A stretch of 12,362 nt of DNA, from positions 1 through 12,362 of the forward strand of contig NW_021826802.1 in NCBI RefSeq assembly GCF_006345805.1. Direction: 5' to 3'. The DNA is from Octopus sinensis. Its lineage: Eukaryota. A program made the translations under genes and the position numbers. This document shows, in pieces, positions 1-8,167 of the stretch; within the stretch, counting starts at the first letter, position 1, and every line of letters starts with the position of its first letter. The notes beneath the pieces were generated by a model. It saw only the letters and a program-made list of their open reading frames with translations. It searched no databases and was not told where the DNA came from.

Positions 1-167
1 TTGGTATTTTTGTTGGTTATTTATGCTTCATATTATTTATTTTTTTGTTTTTGTTTTTGGCGCCATCGACGTCATAGCGATCACCGTTGCTTTGATCATT
101 AGAGGCATGACGGCTTCACAGACAGGGAATGAAACTGCAGATATAATACGTATTATACACACGCGCA

Positions 168-169
168 TA

Positions 170-200
<31 letters not shown>

Positions 201-445
201 TATATATATACTATATATATATATATATATATAATATACATATATACATACATATATATATATAACTATATATATATACACGTACGCACATACTCAGTAA
301 TGCACACACATATATATATATTATAAATAGCTATATATATGTGTGTGGTGTGTGTGTGTAAGTGTGTGTGTGAATGCATGTATGTATATATGTACGTATG
401 TGTGTATGTATGTATGTATGTGTGTATGTATGTATGTTTGTATGA
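168..445. repeat. Compound (TA)n / (TG)n / (TGTA)n microsatellite
   Basis: Directly visible dinucleotide and tetranucleotide runs. They explain the YI/CV-type ORFs 23..265 and 339..545. Confidence 0.95.
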
Positions 446-883
446 AGTAATACAAAGTATTATAAATTATATTTTAGTTAACTCCGAGTTTCATGTTTTC
501 AGGTTTCTTACTCGTGGTAAAATAACGAGTAATTCACCAAACTAAATTTGGCTGCATATATATTTGGAATCCATATTTAGAAAGCAATTTCTTCCCAAGA
601 GAAGGATAAATTCCTACGCTGTATGATCAAGGTTACTCTGATAATGTGGCACTGGTTACCAATTAATACATGAAACTCAGAGAAACTGACATAGAGTTTG
701 CGTATCTTTTCAGATAAAAAATTAGTTCCAATACATTGTATTGAGTGATCTCTCTTTGTTCGCAGTGCTTTTATACAGTAGATCAGTCTGCTGGAAATAG
801 CAGCAAAATGCTGTCAACGTCAAACAAATATATCCAATATTACATTGGGCAATATTCGAAATATATGCAGAGAAGAAAATAGG

Positions 884-949
884 GGATGGTCAAGGTAGGA
901 GAGCATTTGTTCAAACGGTTGTACTGTGAGTGCTGTCGTGGGGCTAAAC
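884..949 (+). mobile_element. Short interspersed repeat fragment (retroelement 3'-end-like), copy A
   Basis: GGATGGTCA...GGGGCTAAAC aligns without gaps to 2672-2737 at 45/66 identity (hand count). It is followed immediately by a (CAT)n tract. Confidence 0.55.
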
Positions 950-953
950 GACG

Positions 954-968
954 TCATCATCATCATCG

Positions 969-1018
<50 letters not shown>

Positions 1019-1054
1019 GTCATCAGTAGCATCATCATCATCAGTAGCATCATC
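954..1054. repeat. (CAT)n microsatellite
   Basis: Near-perfect CAT run; source of the poly-Met ORF 820..1056. Confidence 0.97.
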
Positions 1055-1194
1055 AATAAGATGAAAATACGCTAAAATGTTCGCTTGTGCAACCATGTGG
1101 TTACTCCGTTGAGTTTAAACGGTGATCAATCAACCGCCATTTTAGAGCAATGATGACAAGATTGTTAGCAACCGCGTTTTTTTTTCTATATAGA

Positions 1195-1586
1195 TACGAA
1201 TATATACATACATACATATATACATAGAGACATATATAGCTTCATACACACATACATATATGTGTGTATCTGTGTGTGTCTATATAAAAAAAACATGGTT
1301 TCTAACAATGTATGCTTACATACACGTAGACAAACACACTCACATATATTTATATAGAAATATATATATATGTATATAAATATGTATGTGTGAGTATGTG
1401 TGCTTGTGTGTGTGTGTGTTTGTGTGGGTGTAAAGAGTGAGAGAGAGGGAGGGAGAGAGAGAGACAAATTCTGAGAAAAAGAGGTATGCTTATGTTTCTC
1501 CGAAAGCACTTAGTTACACACACACACACACACACACAACACACACACACACACCACATATATGTGTCTATACATATAGATGTATA

Positions 1587-1628
<42 letters not shown>

Positions 1629-1675
1629 CACATATATATATATATGGGGGGGTGTATGTGTATGCATGTATGTAT
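1195..1675. repeat. Compound (TA)/(CA)/(TG)/(GA) microsatellite region
   Basis: Directly visible interrupted dinucleotide runs. Confidence 0.9.
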
Positions 1676-1828
1676 GACGGGCTTCTTTCGGTTTACGTCT
1701 ACCAAATCCGTTCACAAGGCTTTAGACTGCCTGAGGTTATAGTAGAAAACAGTTTCCCAAGGTGCCACACAGTGGGACTGAACCATGAACCATGTGGTTG
1801 GAAAGCAAGCTTCTTACCGCACAAGCAC
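1676..1828 (-). mobile_element. tRNA-derived SINE 5' module (head H1; CORE-like, resembles the octopus OR1 type)
   Basis: The minus strand carries B-box-like GGTTCAGTCCC followed by GGCACCTTGGGAAAC (CORE-like). Homologous copies occur at 3518-3658, 5978-6058 and 7372-7515. The family name is from memory. Confidence 0.85.
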
Positions 1829-1907
1829 TACACACACACACACATACATCTATATATGTATGTAAGTATGTGTGTGTGTGTATGTATGTGTGTATGCATT
1901 TGTGTGT

Positions 1908-2100
1908 TTGTGTTTGTCCTCCCACCATCGCTTGACACCCGATGTTGGTGAGTTTACGTCCCGTAAATTAGTGGTAACGCAAAAGGGACCCATAGAATAA
2001 GTATTACGCTTACAAAAAAGGAGTCCTGCCGTCGAATAAATATGGTGCTCCAGCATGGTGACAGTCAAACGATTAAACAAGTAAGAGAATAAAAGAATAA
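1908..2100 (+). mobile_element. SINE 3' module (central ATAGAATAAGTA block plus tail T1 ending in (TAAAAGAA)-like repeats)
   Basis: Homologous to 4878-5055 (minus). Tail TGCTCCAGCATGG..AGTC is shared with 3286-3345 (minus). The central block resembles GATAAATTAAGTACC of the H2 SINEs. Confidence 0.8.
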
Positions 2101-2175
2101 ATGAATGTATGTATATATATATTTCTTATTTTGTGAATTAATAATGCCACCATTGACTTCATGGAGACGGATTAC

Positions 2176-2244
2176 CAACATGTCTAAGTGGGATGCTTGA
2201 AATTGCGAAGCTTTTTGCATGGAACCAATGCTAGCATCGTTAAT
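2176..2244 (-). CDS. Candidate 69-nt phase-0/0 exon (INDASIGSMQKASQFQASHLDML), unidentified
   Basis: Acceptor TTCTTTCTGTGTAG| and donor |GTAATC. Only frame 0 is open, in non-repetitive sequence. No homology recognised. Confidence 0.2.
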
Positions 2245-2330
2245 CTACACAGAAAGAATATATTTATCCACCAAGTGTGGCGTTCAGCACTCGTACGCAC
2301 TCTTCACCACAACTCTGTGTGTGAATTGAA

Positions 2331-2384
2331 GTGTGTGCGTTTGTTTGTGTGTGTGTGTGTGTGTGTGTGCGTGTGCGTGTGTGT

Positions 2385-2424
<40 letters not shown>

Positions 2425-2457
2425 GTGAGTGTGTTAGTGTGTGTATGTGTGTGTGTG
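2331..2457. repeat. (TG)n microsatellite
   Basis: Long TG run with few interruptions. Confidence 0.97.
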
Positions 2458-2671
2458 CCGATACATTCAAAGCGCAAATTTATCTTTAAATTTTTGCCAC
2501 GCTAAAATTTATCGGTCACGTTTTCCTCAAATATCATTTCTTACAAACTAATTACAAAAACAACAAAAAGAGAAAAAAAATAAGAAATCGGAATAGGGAT
2601 TGCCACATTCGATAATATTGTCGCCAGTTCATTCATACATTATTCTTATTATTTGTTTTTAATATGTAATA

Positions 2672-2737
2672 GGATGGTCATGGTTGGAACGCCTTTGATG
2701 ATAGGTCTGCTCGTTCAGGGCTGACCTGAGGCTAAAT
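2672..2737 (+). mobile_element. Short interspersed repeat fragment, copy B
   Basis: Shares TAGGTCTGCTC exactly with 4796-4806 (minus) and 45/66 bases with 884-949. Confidence 0.6.
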
Positions 2738-3285
2738 ATCCACAACGTATATATTAGAAAAGTCGATTCACAGTCGGCTTATTCGATTTCTTCTAAGCAA
2801 CAAGACGGCGTTCCGTCTAGTCAAAACTAATCGATATTATTGCTAGCAGCTTAGAAGGATTAAGCTCTACGCCTTTTGCATTCTTTAGTTGATGTTGTTA
2901 ACGTTAGCCAATATATATTATCTACTCCTTTTCCTTATTGATTTCTATCATGATATATACAAGGCCACAACGTTTTTAAGGAGTGCTATAGTCGAACATA
3001 TCGACCCAGGAAGGAAAAAGGAAAACAGTGTTTATCATAGTGGAGTTCGAAATCAAAATAGAAAACAAGAGAACAAAATGCTGCATAATGTCTTGTTCCC
3101 TTTGCATGATGGAAATATTGGAAGAGCACCGAACAAAACGATTTGCGGTTTTTGGGGGGTTACGTTTCGTAAATTATGTGTTCCAATCTTTTTCAATGTT
3201 TTCGTCCATTCTAGGGTTGATGTAATATTGTACCTACCAGGGGCTGACGGTAGATACATACACTCACACAAACACAGGCGTATAA

Positions 3286-3476
3286 CTTCTTTTCCATGGT
3301 TCAGTCATTGGACTACAGCCATACCGGAGCAGTGCCTTCAAGGGTTCATTCGACTCCGATTGGTCACAAGACAAAGTCGACCATGCCGAAATTTAAATTC
3401 CAAACAAGAAAACTGATCAACTTCTGCTAAGCATTTCCCCTGACCTGCTAACAGTCCTCCAGGCTCAACGCCTTAT
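3286..3476 (-). mobile_element. Degenerate tRNA-derived SINE: head H2 joined to tail T1, central block deleted
   Basis: 3370-3474 aligns to 8062-8167 (CAAAGTCGACC...GCATTT...TGCTAAC...CGCCTT). 3286-3345 matches the T1 tail at 2045-2090. Confidence 0.7.
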
Positions 3477-3517
3477 ATCGAATTAAGATAAAAACGATAT
3501 ATATATATATATATTCA

Positions 3518-3658
3518 ACGGGCTTCTTTCAGTTTTGGTCTACCAAATCCACTCACAACGATTTGGTCGGCCTGAGGTTATAGTACAAGTGACTTGCCCA
3601 AGGTGCCACACAATGGGACTGAACCCGGAACAGCCACACAGCCAAGCCACTCCTACGC
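3518..3658 (-). mobile_element. tRNA-derived SINE head H1 (CORE-like), with internal deletion
   Basis: Clear homology to 1676-1828 (ACGGGCTTCTTTC...CTACCAAATCC...CCCAAGGTGCCACACA.TGGGACTGAACC). Confidence 0.85.
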
Positions 3659-3669
3659 TTACAAAGATG

Positions 3670-3748
3670 TATATTAAAATATATGTATATATGTATATTA
3701 ATATAATTTTAATATATGTATATTAAAATTACATAAGTATATATATAT

Positions 3749-3779
<31 letters not shown>

Positions 3780-3890
3780 GTGTAAGTATGTATATATGTC
3801 AGTATGTAGGTATGTGTATATATGTGTGTGTGTGTGTGCGTGTGTGTGTGTGTGTTCGTGTGTATATATGCATGTATTTATGTACGTATA
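3670..3890. repeat. (TA)/(TG)/(TGTA) microsatellite
   Basis: Directly visible. Confidence 0.9.
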
Positions 3891-3977
3891 CCTTCAATTA
3901 ATCGGGTTTTCGCATCTTAGTTGCTTTAAATTTTGCTGCTGGATTTCTGTCGCTTTTTTGACTAATAAAGAATATGC

Positions 3978-4017
<40 letters not shown>

Positions 4018-4068
4018 TATGATGATGATGATGATAATAATAATAATAATAATAATGATGATAATAAT
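3978..4068. repeat. (TAG)n-(TGA)n-(TAA)n compound trinucleotide microsatellite
   Basis: Directly visible. Confidence 0.95.
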
Positions 4069-4184
4069 TAGGATTAATTAATATTCGGTGATGCTTTCAC
4101 CGAGGCGGTAATTTTCTCGTCCAAGCGAATCGACAACACAATTTCGATAAAATTGAACATCCATTACCTTTACAAGTAATCATC

Positions 4185-4382
4185 GGCATCTTCATCCTCC
4201 TGCTCCTCCTCCTTATTCTAATCATTATCATCATCATCATCATCATAATCAGCAGCAGCAATAGCATCATCATTCTGATAATCTTAAACATATTTACACT
4301 ATCATAATTTTATTTATTTTGTATTATTATTATTTCTTCGTGTCTTTGATGTTCTTTTCGAATAACGATAATAATAATAATG

Positions 4383-4413
<31 letters not shown>

Positions 4414-4549
4414 TAATAATAATAATCCCCAAAATAATATCAATAGTAATAATAATTCAAATCTTAAATAAACACCGCTTCTTTCATTCTTAGTAGTTAT
4501 TAATTCATTTTATTAATTCACTGTATCTTTAATACACGACGTATTGTAA

Positions 4550-4584
<35 letters not shown>

Positions 4585-4638
4585 TAGTAGTAGTAGTAGT
4601 AGTAGTAGTGGTAGTAGTGGCGGCAGCAGCAGCAGTAG
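4185..4638. repeat. Mixed trinucleotide repeats (CAT/CCT/TTA/AAT/TAG/CAG)
   Basis: Directly visible; source of the poly-M/L/Y ORFs. Confidence 0.9.
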
Positions 4639-4744
4639 TTGGCTGGGACCGGTAAAAATATTGTTTGTACTCAATCGGAGGACAACTTCTAAATCTCTCA
4701 CACAGCTAGAATACGGAAACAATACCAGGAAATGGATCTGTTAT

Positions 4745-4833
4745 TTGTTGTTGCTGTTGTTGCTATTAGCTGCGAACACACATGTGTACTTGTTTGAGCA
4801 GACCTAAGATGAATGGAAATTCCCGTGACCACC
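4745..4833 (-). mobile_element. Short interspersed repeat fragment, copy C, with (CAA)n tail
   Basis: The minus strand reads GGTGGTCA...TAGGTCTGCTC...GCTAA followed by (CAA)n-like repeats; homologous to 2672-2737. Confidence 0.55.
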
Positions 4834-4877
4834 GGTCTATTATATCTTTTATACTTTTATACGTGATTCGGTCATCA

Positions 4878-5055
4878 GAATGCGGGCCACGTTGAGGTGC
4901 CGCCATGATGGGTTTTGTCGAGCCTATCCACCCGAGTACTTATTTATGTATATCCAAGCCTGGTACTTAATCAATCGGTCACTTTTTCGTCGTACCTTTA
5001 ACTTACGGAGACGTAAACAAACCAAAGCTGTTTGTCAAGAGATCGCGGGAAGACG
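4878..5055 (-). mobile_element. Degenerate SINE 3' module
   Basis: The reverse complement aligns with 1908-2060 (CTTGACA..., GTTTACGTC.CCGTAA, AAGTA). Confidence 0.65.
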
Positions 5056-5074
5056 AATTTAAATAACAAAAGAA

Positions 5075-5296
5075 CATATACATAGATGTGTGAGTGAGTG
5101 TGTGAGAGAGAAAGAGGGAAAGAGAGAAAGAGAGACAGAGAATGACAGAGAGAGAGAGAGAGAGAAGAGAGAGAGAATGTGTGTTAATGAGTGCATGTCT
5201 GTTTGCGTATGAGTGTTTGTATGTATGTAGGTATGTATGCATGCATATATGTATGTATGCATGTATATGTGTGTATGTAAGTATGTATGTAGGTAT
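5075..5296. repeat. (GA)n and (TGTA)n microsatellites
   Basis: Directly visible. Confidence 0.92.
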
Positions 5297-5297
5297 A

Positions 5298-5613
5298 ACA
5301 GTTCTATATTTAAGACATGAGGAATTATGTACATTATTTACATTATTTACATTTGATTAATCTTTGTCCTCCTCTTGTTTGTTGTTAACACAACGTTTCG
5401 GCTGAGATACGCTCCAGCCTTCATCAGATGTCTTGGGGAAATTTCGAACATGGGTTCTCATTCCTAAGGTATTTTTCGATGCTGCTGCTGTTGTTGTTGT
5501 TATTATTATTATTGTTGTTGTTGTCATTATTATTATTATTATTATTATATTATTATTATTATTATTATTTTATTATTATTATTATTATATTATTATATTA
5601 TTATTCACGTCAC
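5298..5613 (-). mobile_element. Inverted, head-truncated copy of a Penelope-end-like non-autonomous element: (TAA)n + pLTR-like module with hammerhead
   Basis: The reverse complement of 5363-5481 matches 5764-5881 with about 14 differences in 119 nt. 5604-5613 is the exact reverse complement of 5683-5692. Confidence 0.8.
5387..5432 (-). ncRNA. Minimal type-I hammerhead ribozyme motif, intact core
   Basis: The minus strand reads GACAU-CUGAUGA-A-GGCUG(10-nt loop)CAGCC-GAA-ACGU-U-GUGUU. Helix I is GACAU/GUGUU, helix II is a perfect 5 bp, and helix III is reduced to the ACGU palindrome. The predicted GUU cleavage site lies between 5392 and 5391. Confidence 0.7.
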
Positions 5614-5615
5614 AA

Positions 5616-5718
5616 CAGACAATGGAGTAGTGGTCAAGAGCGCGGGCTACTAACCCCAAGATTCCGAGTTCGATTCCAGGCAGTGACGTGAAAAATAATA
5701 ATAATAATAATAATAATA

Positions 5719-5757
<39 letters not shown>

Positions 5758-5910
5758 CAACAACATCGAAAAATAACTTCGGAATGAGAATCCAGGTTCG
5801 AAATGTCCCAAGACACGTGATGAAGTCTGGAGGGTATATCAGCCGAAACGTTGTGTTAAAAACAAACAAGATTAGGACAAATATCCGTCAATTGTAAATG
5901 TAAATAATGT
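5616..5910 (+). mobile_element. tRNA-headed SINE-like element: Pol III head + (TAA)n + Penelope-end-like module with hammerhead
   Basis: A box TGGAGTAGTGG (5623-5633), anticodon-loop remnant GGG-CTACTAA-CCC (5644-5656) and B box GAGTTCGATTCC (5666-5677). These are followed by (TAA)n at 5693-5763 and the module at 5764-5910. Confidence 0.75.
5812..5857 (+). ncRNA. Minimal type-I hammerhead ribozyme motif, core-mutated
   Basis: GACAC-GUGAUGA-A-GUCUG..CAGCC-GAA-ACGU-U-GUGUU. The first C of CUGAUGA is G (5817) and helix II has a mismatch at 5826. Confidence 0.6.
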
Positions 5911-5977
5911 AGGTAGGTATGGACGTATGTATACACGCTAAGTATCGTTTAATTTCCTTCTACCGAATACAATCAAA

Positions 5978-6058
5978 AGGTTACGTTCAGACCAAGCTGT
6001 TGCAGAAGACTACTGACCAATGTGTTTGGGGCACAAACATCTTACCATACAGTCACAG
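5978..6058 (-). mobile_element. Highly degenerate H1 SINE remnant
   Basis: Patchy similarity to 1725-1828 and 3570-3655 (GCTGTTGCAGAAGAC..TGACCAA; CTTACCATACAGTCAC). Confidence 0.45.
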
Positions 6059-6374
6059 CATGAAATTGCTGGCTTTACGTCAAAATTTGAAAGCAATATA
6101 TATGTTTGCACATATAAAACCTTTTTGGCAATTTTGATTGTAATTTGGAGTTGTGGGAGGTCTTCGTAGGTAGACATGCATTAACTGTTACTATCACAGT
6201 TTTTCGCTATTATTCTTGGTTATTATTCCAGGGTTTTATCTGGTTATTTGGTGATTGACCTAGCAGTTATTCAACTAACGTCTTCCCTAACCCGCTTTAT
6301 TAAACAACATCGAAACAATGGATTGGATTCTCTCTCTTACTAAAACAAATAGTTTCATTGTGACAAACATTTTC

Positions 6375-6723
6375 TACTTACTATTACAATCACTACTACC
6401 AACACGACTACTACTACTACTACTAACACCACCATCACCACCACTATCACCATTATCATCATCATCATAATCATAACATGTAATGGACCCCATCTGTTGT
6501 CATCCTTGTGACAATAAAATAAATCATTACAATGAATTATCATTATTGCCTTTTTAATAATATAAAGATAAAACTATTATTAACGTTGCGCTATTATAGT
6601 TATTACTATCATTATCATCATCATCATCACCTGCATCGTCGTCGTCACCACCAACAACAACGACACCACCAACAACACCACCACCACCACGGCAATCACC
6701 GTCTTCATTATCATCATCATTAT
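6375..6723. repeat. Degenerate period-3 repeats (CTA/CAC/CAT/CAA)
   Basis: Two blocks (about 6375-6480 and 6537-6723); source of the poly-V/H/D ORFs. Confidence 0.85.
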
Positions 6724-6854
6724 TGCGCAGGTGCCTAATCTGTTTGCTATGGTTTTGGTGCAACATATTCGTTGATCCGATTCCTGACTGGGTGGCGCGT
6801 TGAGACCTTAAACAAGTAACTACAATTCACGTTTGTTTGCCCTAGTTGACTCAC

Positions 6855-6914
6855 CTGAGAAGGGGCACCAACTGAGCCGTTGGTGTAGAGCTCTTTCACT
6901 TCAGCTGTTACAAT
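6855..6914 (-). CDS. Candidate 60-nt phase-0/0 exon (IVTAEVKELYTNGSVGAPSQ), unidentified
   Basis: Consensus donor CAG|GTGAGT. Upstream on the minus strand are a pyrimidine-rich tract and TCTAG|. Only one frame is open and local GC is raised. The donor may overlap an old SINE remnant. Confidence 0.3.
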
Positions 6915-7093
6915 CTAGATGTTCAGTTATCAAAGGGGAGTGGGGGTAGTGGAATGATCATCCGTGACCCACACTATACACAGACAAAAAAAATAATTAA
7001 ACAATTAGCAAAAGCATTTTACATTCTACTTAACCTGACTCAAGCGTGTTTGGCAGCTGGCTGAACATATTACCACCTCCGCGATAATTGATA

Positions 7094-7164
7094 TATACGT
7101 TGGTGTAATGGTTAGCACGCTTTTCGTGAATATAAGAGGTGTAGGTTCGAATCCTATGCTTACG
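7094..7164 (+). pseudogene. tRNA-like pseudogene or solitary SINE head
   Basis: A box TGGTGTAATGG, D stem GTGT/GCAC and T arm GTAGG-TTCGAAT-CCTAT. The anticodon arm has a mismatch and G at position 33 (nominal TGA), and the acceptor stem pairs poorly. Confidence 0.6.
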
Positions 7165-7176
7165 GTAAATCCACTA

Positions 7177-7183
7177 TTTTTTT
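7177..7183 (+). terminator. T7 run, possible Pol III terminator of the tRNA-like locus
   Basis: TTTTTTT begins 13 nt downstream of the tRNA-like 3' end. Confidence 0.35.
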
Positions 7184-7371
7184 CCGTCGAGGGCCTATAT
7201 GTTTTAATACTAGATTATTTTCTTCAGTCAAAAAACGGTGATAGCTTATATGGTTTAAGCTTTAAAATATTATTATTATCCCCTTTGTTACAGATTTTGA
7301 ATATAAATTACCTTTTTTTAAAAAACAATTCAGTAAATCTTGGCAAATACCAATAAATCTATGGACAACAG

Positions 7372-7515
7372 CTATAGATGGCTGAGTGGTTAAGAAGCTC
7401 GTTTTGTGAGTATGTGGTTTTGGGTGGTCAGTTTCTCTGTACTGCTCCTTAGGCAAGGGTCTTCTGCTCTAAGATCCGAGTGGATTTGATAGAAGGAAAA
7501 TTTCTGGCAGCCGGC
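7372..7515 (+). mobile_element. Degenerate H1 SINE head
   Basis: A box TGGCTGAGTGG (7379-7389), then CTCCTTAGGCAAGGGTCTTCT and GAGTGGATTTGATAGA, matching the reverse complement of the 1676-1828 and 3518-3658 copies. Confidence 0.7.
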
Positions 7516-7935
7516 TGCTTGCGCGCGCAAATGTGTGACGTTCAGGCGCTTACTCGTTAATTCAATAAACAGGGAAATTCAGTTTTAGCGAATAACTCAA
7601 TATTCTTTTTCCGAAAACCGACGGAGATGCAATCTAACGATATTTGCTGATCCTAGTATTTCTATTTTCCTAGAATGTAAAGTACTTTCTGGAAAGCAAG
7701 CCTGACCTTTTCAGACCAAAATTAACAGCCAACATCAGTAGGATGATGCTGGAGGAGCGAAAGTTTCATGTGAAATGAAGCTAGATTTGAGAAAACACTA
7801 ACAACGCTTGAACTGTTACTGTTCATATTTACTCTACATAATACATAATACGTCGACTTGTATTCCAGAAATTCGATAGCTATGGATTATCTTTATCCAT
7901 AATCTGTAAATGTTTTAGGTGAAGTGATATTATAT

Positions 7936-8167
7936 ATTTCTTTACTACCCACAAGGGGCTAAACACAGAGTGGACAAACAAGGACAGACAAACGGATTAA
8001 GTCGATTACATCGACCCCAGTGCGTAACTGGTACTTAATTTATCGACCCCGAAAGGATGAAAGGCAAAGTCGACCTCGGCGGAATCTGAACTCAGAACGT
8101 AACGGCAGACGGAAAACGGCCGCGCATTTCGCCCGGCGTGCTAACGTTTCTGCCAGCTCGCCGCCTT
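7936..8167 (-). mobile_element. Full-length young tRNA-derived SINE (head H2 + Meta-domain-like core + tail T2)
   Basis: The minus strand has TGGCAGAAACGTTAGC (A-box-like), GAGTTCAGATTCC (B box) and CCTTTCATCCTTTCGGGGTCGATAAATTAAGTACCAG. It is flanked by a perfect 17-bp direct repeat GTGAAGTGATATTATAT (7919-7935 and 8168-8184). The domain name is from memory. Confidence 0.92.

Noticed and set aside
23-265. ORF with an apparently hydrophobic N-terminus; the antisense frame reads SFPVCEAVMPLMIKATVIAMTSMAPK
   Set aside because: Half of it is (TA)n and the rest resembles decayed period-3 repeat. No recognisable protein, and its phase does not fit the other exon candidates.
508-532. 8-bp inverted repeat TTACTCGT/ACGAGTAA; also TCGGTGA/TCACCGA at 4085-4103
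   Set aside because: Short stems of this size are expected by chance in 12 kb, and there is no supporting context.
2889-3416. Longest ORF (175 aa)
   Set aside because: It runs through SINE remnants (about 2990-3010 and 3286-3416), has no domain motifs and starts at TTG; most likely a chance ORF.
5616-5690. Functional tRNA-Ser(ACT) gene
   Set aside because: The acceptor stem does not pair, the anticodon stem has only 3 bp and the T stem has two mismatches. It is interpreted as a SINE head.
7674-7778. Plus-strand exon candidate after TTTCTATTTTCCTAG (NVKYFLESKPDLFRPKLTANISR...)
   Set aside because: The acceptor is good but the donor is weak, no homology is recognised, and joining to the 8363-8403 candidate gives a stop.
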